Assembly: GCA_945876565.1 (NCBI GenBank)
Contig: CAMCOS010000010.1
Location: forward strand, 1,244 to 65,243
Length of the DNA: 64,000 nucleotides
Reading direction: 5' to 3'
Source of the DNA: Lautropia mirabilis
GTDB lineage: Bacteria > Pseudomonadota > Gammaproteobacteria > Burkholderiales > Burkholderiaceae_B
In this document: piece by piece, positions 38,989-48,243 of the stretch
How positions within the stretch are numbered: position 1 is the first letter of the stretch
Layout of the letters: each line of letters begins with the position of its first letter
Program-made: the position numbers and the translations under genes
Notes under the pieces: generated by a model
What the model was told of the DNA's origin: nothing
Seen by the model: the letters and a program-made list of their open reading frames with translations, nothing else
Database searches by the model: none

Positions 38989-40938
38989 TTAAGCTGCAAC
39001 CGCCGGCGGACCTTTTCTCTTTTTAACAAGCTGCACCAAAGCTGCAAACGCTGCCAAGCCAAACCCGGCGAGATCGGTTGTCAATCCACCGGAGATCAGC
39101 AGGATCGAGGATGCCAACAAGACAAGACGAATCCAGCCCTTGGCCAACCCAAAATACCAGCTCTGCAGCGCCGCTGCGAGCAAGTACACACCAAGCAGCG
39201 CCGTGATTGAATAGTGAACAATCTGCCAGACATCATCACTTTGCATCAACAAGGCCGGGCTGTAAAAGAACATAAACGGCACGAGAAAGGCGGCCATACC
39301 GTATATGAACGACGTCACCGAAGTCTTCATGGGGTCACTGCCCGCAATCGCGGCACCTGCATAGGCTGCAAGCGCAACAGGCGGCGTGATGGCTGAAATG
39401 ACTGCGTAATAAAACACAAACATGTGTGCCACCAGCGGACTAATCCCAAGCTTGATCAAGCCCGGTGCGACCACGGAGGCCGCCACCGCATAAGCTGCCG
39501 TTGTTGGCATACCCATCCCGAGAATGATAGCGATCAGCATGGCGAAAACTAGTGCCATGAGCTGACTCTGACCAGCAATGTCAAGAATCATGTTTGAGAA
39601 GCGACCGCCAATGCCCGTCAATCCAATCACCCCGACAATCAATCCCGCACACGCACAAACCGCAATCAACTGAATCGTGCCCTTGGCCCCCAGATGCAAT
39701 GCATCGATTATGCCTCGCGGCCCCATACGATCCTGTATGCTGAGCCAACTCACGACCAAGGTACTAAACATGGCCAGCGTGCCAGAACGTATCACCGAAT
39801 AGCCCATCACAAGACCGCCAATCAAGATCACCAGCGGCGCAAACAAATAGACTTTCTTGAGCATCTCTGCCAGCGATGGCAGCTCGTCACTAGAAAGCCC
39901 AACCATGTTGAGTCGCTTTGACTCATTGTCGACCATGAAGTAGACCGCCAAGAAATAGAGTGCGGCCGGCAGTGTCGCAGCCACAATCAATTCAAAATAT
40001 GGAATACCCGTGATCTCGGCCATGATGAAGATACCGGCACCCATCACTGGCGGCATCAACTGACCGCCCGTTGATGCGGCTGCCTCAATCGCCGCCGCAC
40101 TGCGCGGTGGATAGCCGACCTTTTTCATTAAAGGAATCGTAAACGTTCCCGTCGCAGCCACGTTGCCCGCTGACGTTCCATTGATGGTGCCCATCAAAGC
40201 ACTGGAGAGCACCGCCACTTTGGCCGGGCCGCCTCGAGCTTTACCAGCAATCGCGAACGCAAAGTTGATGAAGTAATCACCCACTTTGGACACTTGAAGA
40301 AATGCCGAAAATGTAATGAACAGAATGATGTAGGTAGACGAAACCGCCGTCGTCGGCCCAAACACACCTTCCATGGAGTACACAAACGAGAACAACAAAT
40401 CGGGTGAAATGCCACGGTGGTACAAAACGCCCGGCATCCAGGGCCCGACCACGCAATACAGCAAAAAAATGACTGAGATGACCGGAAGCGCCCAGCCGGC
40501 ACAACGGCGAGTGATCTCGAGAATCAACAACGTACCGATGACGCCAATCACCACGTCGCCGGATGTGGGAGCCGCGCCTGCACGAAACAGCAAAAAGTCC
40601 AGATTAATCAGGATGTAAACAAAACAGGCAATGCTCGCAGCAATGGCAACCCAGTCAACTAGGGGCACACCCGTCTCGGACTTTTTGCCCATGCTGTACA
40701 TCATGAAACCAAGCGCACACCCAAACGAGACGTGAGCACTGCGATAGAGCCACGGATCCATGGGATATAGATTTAACACCAAAATATGAAAGGCCGTGAA
40801 GGCAACGCATCCCCAAAAAAATAGGTGCCTCTCAAAAGGCCTAAGCGTTCGCTGTTCACCGCCTACTTCAGCATCCTCAACAGCGTGGGCGGCCTTGGCA
40901 GTCAGGTCGGGATGCGATACCGAATCAACGTGGGACAT
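38989..40938 (-). CDS. TRAP transporter fused 4TM/12TM permease (TAXI-associated)
   Basis: RGGPAKVAV, AAASTGGQLMPPVMGA, GMGMPTTAAY and ITPPVALAAY. Confidence 0.95.
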   Translation of the reverse strand: MSHVDSVSHPDLTAKAAHAVEDAEVGGEQRTLRPFERHLFFWGCVAFTAFHILVLNLYPMDPWLYRSAHVSFGCALGFMMYSMGKKSETGVPLVDWVAIAASIACFVYILINLDFLLFRAGAAPTSGDVVIGVIGTLLILEITRRCAGWALPVISVIFLLYCVVGPWMPGVLYHRGISPDLLFSFVYSMEGVFGPTTAVSSTYIILFITFSAFLQVSKVGDYFINFAFAIAGKARGGPAKVAVLSSALMGTINGTSAGNVAATGTFTIPLMKKVGYPPRSAAAIEAAASTGGQLMPPVMGAGIFIMAEITGIPYFELIVAATLPAALYFLAVYFMVDNESKRLNMVGLSSDELPSLAEMLKKVYLFAPLVILIGGLVMGYSVIRSGTLAMFSTLVVSWLSIQDRMGPRGIIDALHLGAKGTIQLIAVCACAGLIVGVIGLTGIGGRFSNMILDIAGQSQLMALVFAMLIAIILGMGMPTTAAYAVAASVVAPGLIKLGISPLVAHMFVFYYAVISAITPPVALAAYAGAAIAGSDPMKTSVTSFIYGMAAFLVPFMFFYSPALLMQSDDVWQIVHYSITALLGVYLLAAALQSWYFGLAKGWIRLVLLASSILLISGGLTTDLAGFGLAAFAALVQLVKKRKGPPAVAA

Positions 40939-40964
40939 AATTAGAATCCATCAGATTAAAAAAT

Positions 40965-40991
40965 ACCCCTGCGACCGATGGTCGCAGGGGT
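40965..40991 (-). terminator. Terminator-like hairpin between the TAXI receptor and permease genes
   Basis: ACCCCTGCGACC-GAT-GGTCGCAGGGGT, followed by ATTTTTT on the minus strand. Confidence 0.65.
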
Positions 40992-41015
40992 TAGAACTTT
41001 GGCTTAGCTAAACGC

Positions 41016-41996
41016 TTACATGGTACCCGGATTCAGTTGAATGCCTTTCTCCTTGAAGTACTTCACAGCACCCGGGTGGAATGTCAAAAAGTCGTTCTTG
41101 GTTGCGTTCTGCGGCAATGTTTCCTTGGCAGCAGCGTGACCTTGAACCATCGCAGCATTGTTCTCCATGACCGCCTTGGTCAGTTCATACACCAGGCTGT
41201 CTGGCAGGTCCTTGTTGGCCACCGCAAAGTTATACAAGCCAACGGTGTTCATGTCGGCTGTTTGGGTACGATAGGTACCCTTGGGGATAACTGTTGGCAC
41301 GACTTCTGGTGCAGCCTGGCGAATCTTAGCGATTTCATCGGCCGTAAAGCCAAAGAACGTGACTGGACGCTGTGCCTCAATTTCAGAGAACGCAGGAATC
41401 GGTTGACCTGCTGCAAAGCAGAACGCGTCGATCAAGCCATCGCTCAGTAGACCAGCCATGTCAGAAGCGCCACCATTACGCACCGTGACTTTCATGCCAA
41501 GCGCATCAAAGAAAATCGGGAAATACGTGCCTGGTGTGCCAGCGCGAGGACCAACGCCGACGTTTTTGCCATTCAGATCAGAAAAACTCTTGAGGCCCGA
41601 GCTCTGGTTGGCCACGCACGCAAATGGTGTGTCGTACATGGGGAACATGGCGCGCACGTTTTGGTGCTTTTTACCATTTGCCCAGCCTTTGCCATTCCAG
41701 CCGTTGTAAGCAACACCCATGGTGACCATGCCCAAGTCAACGTTGTTGCCATCGACCAAGATCATGTTTTGGTTAGGGCCTTGCGTTTGCTGGGTCGAGA
41801 CGTTCACGCCGGTTTTCTCGGTCATGATGTTGGCAGCAACACCACCGTAGACAAAGTAAACACCGCCCACAGACGCAGTGCCCAGCGTCAAGCTCTTGGG
41901 CCAGCCGGACTTGTCCTGAGCCAATGCCACTGAGGACATTGAAACCGCCGCCAGAACGGCAACGGAGCTTTGAGTCAATAGTCGTGACAGTTTCAT
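41016..41996 (-). CDS. TAXI family TRAP solute receptor
   Basis: Signal peptide, LGTASVGGVYF, GVGPRAGT, PKGTY and FHPGAVKYFKEKG. Confidence 0.93.
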   Translation of the reverse strand: MKLSRLLTQSSVAVLAAVSMSSVALAQDKSGWPKSLTLGTASVGGVYFVYGGVAANIMTEKTGVNVSTQQTQGPNQNMILVDGNNVDLGMVTMGVAYNGWNGKGWANGKKHQNVRAMFPMYDTPFACVANQSSGLKSFSDLNGKNVGVGPRAGTPGTYFPIFFDALGMKVTVRNGGASDMAGLLSDGLIDAFCFAAGQPIPAFSEIEAQRPVTFFGFTADEIAKIRQAAPEVVPTVIPKGTYRTQTADMNTVGLYNFAVANKDLPDSLVYELTKAVMENNAAMVQGHAAAKETLPQNATKNDFLTFHPGAVKYFKEKGIQLNPGTM

Positions 41997-42074
41997 AAAG
42001 TAGTCCCTTTTTTCGGATTGTGAAAGACTTACAGGAAGCTTAAAATGGTACCACTTTCAAGATCAGATTGGATT

Positions 42075-42086
42075 AGGGTATACCCT
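42075..42086. promoter_or_regulatory. 12-bp palindrome upstream of the TAXI gene (possible operator)
   Basis: AGGGTATACCCT is a perfect palindrome about 80 bp upstream of the TAXI ATG. Confidence 0.45.
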
Positions 42087-42171
42087 TGGCCCAAGTGGTC
42101 GCCAAGACTTAGAGGGTGCTCTAACCAGAACCCTTAGAGCTATTCGATCCGGCTCAGGACCGATGGCTGGG

Positions 42172-42711
42172 CTAGCCCAGCAACTGTCGCTCATGGCAAG
42201 CCAGTGTAAATCTGGCCGTCATCCAATCCAAGTGAGCGCCGCCGTCACTCTTAAACACCACAATATCCAAGCTCGCATGCGGAAACATTGTTTGATAAGC
42301 CGACAATGCAGTTACAACAATCCGCCCTGCCCCTTCGATCAGCACTTTGTCACAATCGGGTCGTGCGAGTTTGCTGGCGGCCAGAAAACTATCGCCCGCG
42401 GTCTTAAATCGAGTAACCAAATCGAAGTCCACCATGGCTTCTAAACCACCAGACTGATCGCTATAGAGGACGACGCTTGCTTGAACCGATGGCAACTGAT
42501 TCAGCTGAATGCCAGGAAAAATCGTAGCCACTTTGACGGACATACCACGGCCATCGATCTAGGCCAAACGCATCAAAAGCGTCTGGCTCTCACGCGTGAG
42601 AAAACTATCACTGATTCGAGCCTTCGGGAGCCGGTGCCCCTGCCAAATGGCCTGAGCAAGCCATGCCCACCATCAGTGATGCTCAACATCTGAGGCAAGG
42701 ATACTTAGCAT
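42172..42711 (-). pseudogene. Ornithine cyclodeaminase/mu-crystallin family remnant
   Basis: One frame reads ...GHRLPKARISDSFL...LLMRLA*IDGRGMSVKVATIFPG...LYSDQSGGLEAMVDFDLVTRFKTAGDSFLAASKLARPD...LIEGAG. Stops at 42675-42673 (TGA) and 42561-42559 (TAG); the Rossmann domain is truncated. Confidence 0.75.
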
Positions 42712-42728
42712 GCCAACTGTACCGTGAT

Positions 42729-43346
42729 TTATTGGCAGCGTGTGGCTGCTGAGCCCGATTTGCCTGTTCTCAACCCCGCGCTAATGGCCTGGGCAAGACG
42801 CTCAATATTGGCCTGCTGCGCCTTCACCAGCGGCGCGACGCCAGGTTCAACAGGTTCACGCAGCTCGGTATAACAAAACAGCCTGCTCTTTTTAGCGCCC
42901 GAACGGTCCGACACAACCTGCCACGCGGCACTCAACTCCGCGTACTTCCCTGGCACCAAATCAAATCGCTGCACGTCCACCGAAATGGTCGATATGCCAC
43001 TGCTAATGGTTCCGGCTTGTAATCGAGAGAACGGCGGCATGCCAAGCTCGCGAGTCAGCGCCGCGGCCAACGCGTTACTGACTTGTTTGCTCAAAGGCGC
43101 AGTCCATCGGTCGTGCGCTAGCTTCATGAGCTGGTCATCCGAGCGACGAACCACAATCAAAACATCGTCTACAGGCGCTGGCACTGCGACGGAACCAATC
43201 GAGTAGGGGCCAACAGGGGCAAGTGCTGCAGCAGTCGCAGGCTCACGATCAACCGAAGGTGTCAGGGTGTAATACACACTCGGTTTACCTGCGCAGCCAA
43301 CCAATGCCGCAGCAACCGCCATGAACAAAACAATCCGCTTAATCAC
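42729..43346 (-). CDS. pqiC: Intermembrane transport lipoprotein PqiC
   Basis: Lipobox LVGC, YYTL, RWTAPL and VDVQRFD; downstream of pqiB. Confidence 0.88.
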   Translation of the reverse strand: MIKRIVLFMAVAAALVGCAGKPSVYYTLTPSVDREPATAAALAPVGPYSIGSVAVPAPVDDVLIVVRRSDDQLMKLAHDRWTAPLSKQVSNALAAALTRELGMPPFSRLQAGTISSGISTISVDVQRFDLVPGKYAELSAAWQVVSDRSGAKKSRLFCYTELREPVEPGVAPLVKAQQANIERLAQAISAGLRTGKSGSAATRCQ

Positions 43347-44989
43347 TTGTCGGCTCCTAGGGTGTCGCGCGAATATGATGTCGTTGGCTCGCCAAACAGA
43401 AGCGAGTTTGGCCGCTCGCGCAACTCATTGACAAACTCACGGGTCGAGCGCAAAACCTCATCTAGATCTTCAATGGCTTGTCCAACCTGCGCAGGCAACT
43501 CATCGCTTGATGCCAATATTCGATTGACATCGTCAAGCGTGCCTTGCAGCTTGCGCAAGGTATCAGCGAGCTCAGGCGTTAACGTCTGGTTTACAGATCT
43601 GCCAACCTTAGTCAACTCATTGAGTGCTTGCTCAAGATCCTTGCCGATCGCTTGGAATGGCACTTGATCGATGTGATCAATAATGTCACCAATCTGCTTT
43701 TTAAGATCAGCAAATGTTTGCGATGCAATGGTTGGAATCTGAACGGGAAAGGTGCCTTCGAACTTTGAGCCAGCCGGTGTCCCGGCGCGGTTGACCAAGT
43801 CGATATACAGCCCACCAGTCAGCAAACTGGCTTGCTGCAATTGGGCCCGCATACCTAGATCGATTGCTTGCTGCACGAGCATGCCCAATGTCCGCGGGTC
43901 CCGCTCTTTAACCTGCATGTGTTCGTAGGCAGCACCCAGCATCGCCGGGTAAAGCGTGGCCCTGACCCGCGTGTAAAAGCTTTTGTCGGTCGGGTCAAGA
44001 TCCAGATCGACCGACTCCACCACGCCTATTTGCACACCATGGAACTCAACAGCAGAACCAACCTCAAGGCCGCGAGTGGACTGATCGAAGCGCATGGCAA
44101 TCGGTACGTTCGGACCCTGTGGCAAGGACTTTGCCAGCTCACGGCTATCGAACAGTTTAAACACATTATGAGGCGCAACCGGGGTGTGTGGCCCAAACGA
44201 TGCAAATGCGATGCCGCTCGATAGAATCGAGGCTAACGAACCCACGTGGACTCGCACGCCATTGGGACCCAAATCCACATTGATACCACTCTCATTCCAG
44301 AAACGTGTGTTCGCGTTGACGTACTTGTCGTAAGGATCATGAATAAACACATCAATATCGACGTACTGTCCCGACGGATCCAAGGTGTACTGCGTCACAA
44401 CGCCCACTGGAATTCTTAAAAAATAAATCGGTGTACCAGGCTGGATCGAACCAAGCGTGGGTGCACGCAATCGAAACCGCTGACCAGGACGAGCACTGGT
44501 GATGGGTGGCGGATTACCCAGCCCCACAAAATGAAATTGATTGCTTTGCACATCACCTTGGGCTTGAGTATCAACCTCAATGTAAGAACCCGAGAACAGC
44601 GTGGCCAAGCCAGATATGCCTGTCACCCCAACCGTTGGTTTGACTATCCAGAACTGGGAGTTCTCGTTGGCCAATGCCTCGGCATCCTTGTCGAGCTGGG
44701 CCGTGACAACCACAAACTCGCGGTTTTTACTTAGCTCTATGTCGGTGACCAAACCAACCACCACATCACGAAACTTGACGTGTGTTTTGCCCTCTTCAAT
44801 GCCGCCAGCCGATTGAAAGGAAATTGTGATGACCGGCCCACGAGAAGCCCATTCTTGCCAGACGATGGAAGCACCGGCTAGCGCCGCGACCAAAGGAATC
44901 ACCCAAACCCAAGCGAGATGTCGTTTATGACGCTGGCCAACGCGGGGCTCAGGGGGCGTTGCTTTCTTGCTTGGCGTCAAATCAGTCAT
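43343..44989 (-). CDS. pqiB: Intermembrane transport protein PqiB (multi-MCE)
   Basis: WVIPLVA, GPVITISF, SQFWIVKP, LFSGSYI, TRFWNESG, SLLTGGLYI and PNSLLFG. Confidence 0.93.
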   Translation of the reverse strand: MTDLTPSKKATPPEPRVGQRHKRHLAWVWVIPLVAALAGASIVWQEWASRGPVITISFQSAGGIEEGKTHVKFRDVVVGLVTDIELSKNREFVVVTAQLDKDAEALANENSQFWIVKPTVGVTGISGLATLFSGSYIEVDTQAQGDVQSNQFHFVGLGNPPPITSARPGQRFRLRAPTLGSIQPGTPIYFLRIPVGVVTQYTLDPSGQYVDIDVFIHDPYDKYVNANTRFWNESGINVDLGPNGVRVHVGSLASILSSGIAFASFGPHTPVAPHNVFKLFDSRELAKSLPQGPNVPIAMRFDQSTRGLEVGSAVEFHGVQIGVVESVDLDLDPTDKSFYTRVRATLYPAMLGAAYEHMQVKERDPRTLGMLVQQAIDLGMRAQLQQASLLTGGLYIDLVNRAGTPAGSKFEGTFPVQIPTIASQTFADLKKQIGDIIDHIDQVPFQAIGKDLEQALNELTKVGRSVNQTLTPELADTLRKLQGTLDDVNRILASSDELPAQVGQAIEDLDEVLRSTREFVNELRERPNSLLFGEPTTSYSRDTLGADK

Positions 44990-45024
44990 GGCTGCACAGC
45001 TTCATGGTCAATTGATATCCAACA

Positions 45025-46200
45025 TCAAACCGCCGGGGAAACAGTCGCTGTTGGCCAAACAACAGACCTGCGGTAACCTGCGCGGCGCCAGGCCAATCTG
45101 GAGTCAAAGTTCATGGCAGACAACATGGTGAGTACAACCACCGCCCCAAATGCAATCGCACCACCGCCAGGCGTAATTGAGAGTAACTGGCCAAACTGCC
45201 CAAGCGAGGTCAAGAGTATCACGACAAACACATCAAGCATGGACCATTGACCAATGGTCTCCACCAGTCTGTAAAACCGTGTCCTTCGTTTCAAACCCAA
45301 CGCAGATCGACGTTGAGTCAACCACAACAATGTACCAAGCAAAAGAATTTTAAAAATAGGCACAAAGACGCTGGCGGTGAACACCACCCCAGCAATCGCC
45401 CATGACCCCATGTTTGCCAGCTCGATCACGCCCCCCAAAATGGTGTGACCTTCTCGCCCATTCAAGGTGCCGATATACATGACTGGCAGCGCATTGGCAG
45501 GGATATAAAGAATGGCAGCCGCAAGCAATAAAGCCCACGACCCAGGCAGGCATGCTGGCGTCGGCGCAGGATCTGGCTTCGGGGGTGCTGCCGGCAAATC
45601 TGCATCAAGCGCCATGTAACGAATCCGAGCGGGCGTGAGCCTAGCCAATGCCGTAAAGAACAGCGCACTGATTGCCGTTGCGTACAGTCCCACACCGACG
45701 ACAACCTGTGCCAGATCAATTAGCTTAATGATGGCAACCAGCGATCCAACCAGAAACACTGGCACCATGCACCAGTGCCGCACCCAACCCAGTAGGCCCA
45801 GAACGAACTCGAAATACTTAGGAAGCCGCCCAAACGCCATGGGCACAAACAATAGCGCCAACAAAAATAACTTCAACAGTGGAAAGCCAAAGCCAACCAG
45901 GCCAGTCAGAACAGCAACCTCACTAAAACCCGCATTCCACGTTGCCTTGACCGCCCCAAGAAAATTAGTCGCTTGCGCTGTCCCCTGAAGAGACAAGGTC
46001 ACGACAGAAAAGACATTGGCGAACGCAAATGTGACCATCGCTGCCAAAACGATAGCTAACCAGGCTTGCGGCGTAAATCGACCGTAGGTGTCTAAAACCC
46101 CATCACAACGGGTGCAACGTGACCATTGCCCTGGCTCAAGGCGGGCTCTATGAAACAAAGCACCACAGTTGTGACAGTTGAGTGTGACTGCTTTATGCAT
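45025..46200 (-). CDS. pqiA: Intermembrane transport protein PqiA (two PqiA domains)
   Basis: CHNC...CTRC N-terminus, WCMVPVF, YIPANALPVM, ASVFVPIFK and IGQWSMLDVFVV. Confidence 0.92.
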   Translation of the reverse strand: MHKAVTLNCHNCGALFHRARLEPGQWSRCTRCDGVLDTYGRFTPQAWLAIVLAAMVTFAFANVFSVVTLSLQGTAQATNFLGAVKATWNAGFSEVAVLTGLVGFGFPLLKLFLLALLFVPMAFGRLPKYFEFVLGLLGWVRHWCMVPVFLVGSLVAIIKLIDLAQVVVGVGLYATAISALFFTALARLTPARIRYMALDADLPAAPPKPDPAPTPACLPGSWALLLAAAILYIPANALPVMYIGTLNGREGHTILGGVIELANMGSWAIAGVVFTASVFVPIFKILLLGTLLWLTQRRSALGLKRRTRFYRLVETIGQWSMLDVFVVILLTSLGQFGQLLSITPGGGAIAFGAVVVLTMLSAMNFDSRLAWRRAGYRRSVVWPTATVSPAV

Positions 46201-46258
46201 GCTAGGGGTCTACACCAAAATTAGGCTTTGAGTGTATCTGAACCGAGTGAAGTTCGGT

Positions 46259-46284
46259 ACTGAACCAAACCACTGAACCAAACC
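46259..46284 (+). repeat. 13-bp direct tandem duplication upstream of pqiA
   Basis: ACTGAACCAAACC ACTGAACCAAACC. Confidence 0.85.
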
Positions 46285-46394
46285 ATGGGCCATCACGTGC
46301 GATTCAAGGTTAAGTGATTATTAGTTGTAGAACTCCAGCACCACGGCCACGAAATGTCAGCAAACAATCCCCAAACGACAAACAAACTAAAGCT

Positions 46395-47120
46395 TTAAAA
46401 CCAGCCAAGCACCAGCGGTATCCAGATGGATGCCAGCACGGCCTGCGCAGCCAACGCTAGACCAGCATAAGCGCCCGCCTGGTGACTGACCTGAATGGCT
46501 CGAGCTGCGCCAATGCCGTGCGACACCGTGCCCAGCGCAAACCCCCGCCTCATCCAGGCCACTTTGGTCACACCCTCGCCCAAGATGCCAAACACCGAGC
46601 GCGCCAAGAGTGCGCCGATCAAGCCGCTCAGGACAGCGAAGATCGCAGCAAGCTCCGCAATGCCGCCAATGCTGTCAGCTAGCCCCATGGCAACCGGTGC
46701 AGTGACTGACTTTGGAATCAATGACAGGGCCACCGCCTTTGGCACATCGAGCCACCAGGCCAGTGCAAATGCACTCAGAGCACTCACCGCCCCGCCACCC
46801 AAGGCCGCCAGCGTCAAAGCCAGCGCATGTCGCCTAAGCTCCACCCTTCTTTGCCAAAGTGGCAGTGCCAGTGACACGACCGCCGGACCCAATAAAAAGT
46901 GAATGAACTGAGCGCCCGCGAAATACCGTTGATACGGGATATCAAGCCACCACAATGCACTGCCCAAAGCCACAATGCTCCAGAGCACAGGGTTAAGCCA
47001 GGGCGACTGATCAAACTGCTGATAGATGGCCAAGCCAATGACGTAGACGAGTAAGGTAGCCGTCAAACCAAACAAAGGTGTGGCTGACAGGTAGGTCCAC
47101 AACTCGACGAAGTCAGCCAC
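46395..47120 (-). CDS. lrgB: LrgB/CidB family protein
   Basis: FLLGPAVVSLALPL, SLIPKSVTAPVAM and GTVSHGIGAARA; GTG start 7 nt behind AGGAG, overlapping the lrgA stop. Confidence 0.93.
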   Translation of the reverse strand: MADFVELWTYLSATPLFGLTATLLVYVIGLAIYQQFDQSPWLNPVLWSIVALGSALWWLDIPYQRYFAGAQFIHFLLGPAVVSLALPLWQRRVELRRHALALTLAALGGGAVSALSAFALAWWLDVPKAVALSLIPKSVTAPVAMGLADSIGGIAELAAIFAVLSGLIGALLARSVFGILGEGVTKVAWMRRGFALGTVSHGIGAARAIQVSHQAGAYAGLALAAQAVLASIWIPLVLGWF

Positions 47121-47493
47121 GATCACGCTCCTGCTCAGCATCGCCCGACTCAAACGGTTCGCGTATCAACCACCGCAACAAAAGCACCGTGGCGATCAAG
47201 CCAAGAATGGTCGACACCAAGAGTGCGAGCGCTATTTGCCACCAGATGGTTGAAAGCAAGTCCAGGTGCAAAATCACCCCAACGCCCACTGGTATGAACA
47301 ACAACGACAGGTTGGAGAGTAAAAAACCAGCCACTGCACCGACTTGCTCCCGAATCCACTGCACCTGCAAGGACGGCCACAACAACATCAGCCCAAGCAC
47401 GGGTCCTGGCAAATCAAGCGCAAACAATCGTGCGATCACTTCACCGGCGACCTGGTAGAGCAGCAACAACGTAAAACCAATCAAGGCAGGCAT
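47113..47493 (-). CDS. lrgA: CidA/LrgA family holin-like protein
   Basis: LPGPVLGLMLL and LSLLFIPVGVG. Start set at ATG 47493. Confidence 0.92.
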   Translation of the reverse strand: MPALIGFTLLLLYQVAGEVIARLFALDLPGPVLGLMLLWPSLQVQWIREQVGAVAGFLLSNLSLLFIPVGVGVILHLDLLSTIWWQIALALLVSTILGLIATVLLLRWLIREPFESGDAEQERDRG

Positions 47494-47585
47494 GCGTTTA
47501 TCCCACAAATGTGTTTGCACAAAGTCTAGACCAAATTGCCGAGACCAACCGCCCGCAGCATCAAGGACTTGCTTGTGAACCTGCC

Positions 47586-48209
47586 TTATGCAGGCTTTGC
47601 CCGCAGTTCGGGCATTTGCCCCAGAGTCAAATACTGGCGCGCCGTCTGCGGTGTTGCGCTTAACCACGAATCAAGCGATGCCTCTGACAACACCACCGGT
47701 GTGCGCTTTTCATCTTCGGGTTTGTGCATGCGGGCCATGACCGGATGTCCATCCGCGTTAATGGTGAGCATGGTAAATGACGCAAGCACGGTACTCGTGG
47801 CCGGATCAAGCCAGCGCTGCCATAGGCCCGCAATGGCCATGGGTTCGTCGTCTGCCTGCTCGACACACCAGCGAACTGCTTTGCCTGTTTCGTAGCAAGG
47901 CTCATAGAAACAATCCGCAAGCACCAAGGCCCAGTGTGCCTGACGCCATGCATCACGATAACTCGGCTTGTCTGCCACTGTCTCCACGCGGGCGTTGTAG
48001 GTATGACGCGAGATCTTGGCATGCTTAGCCCAAGGCGGCACCAAGCCAAACTGGGCCAAGCCAATGGCCATACGACCATCTCGGTGACTACGAACAATCA
48101 CCGGCCCTAGATGACCTGGATAAACCTCGCGAGGCGCTAGAGGTAAATCCAGCCCGAATGTCGACATAACCCAGTCGGGTCTTGCGGTGGGGGTGTAAAC
48201 CGCACACAA
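47586..48209 (-). CDS. SOS response-associated peptidase (SRAP/YedK/HMCES family)
   Basis: FGLVPPWAK, TYNARVETV, PSYRDAW, FYEP, AGLWQRW, FTMLTINAD and HKPEDEKR. A TTG start at 48209 puts the catalytic Cys at position 2. Confidence 0.9.
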   Translation of the reverse strand: MCAVYTPTARPDWVMSTFGLDLPLAPREVYPGHLGPVIVRSHRDGRMAIGLAQFGLVPPWAKHAKISRHTYNARVETVADKPSYRDAWRQAHWALVLADCFYEPCYETGKAVRWCVEQADDEPMAIAGLWQRWLDPATSTVLASFTMLTINADGHPVMARMHKPEDEKRTPVVLSEASLDSWLSATPQTARQYLTLGQMPELRAKPA

Positions 48210-48243
48210 AGGCAGGCACCTCAATTAAGGAGCCATCGGCCCC

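Noticed and set aside
37980-42561. TAG reassigned to Trp (three TAGs at Trp positions)
   Set aside because: Intact genes here end in TAG at their natural C-termini (acnA 1762-1764 followed by a terminator, soxY directly after GGCGG) and use TGG for Trp. The nrdJ remnant also has a frameshift and a 5' deletion, so decay explains it better.
3025-46284. Short tandem repeats as CRISPR arrays
   Set aside because: Units are 10-13 bp, directly adjacent, with no spacers, and there are no cas genes in the window.
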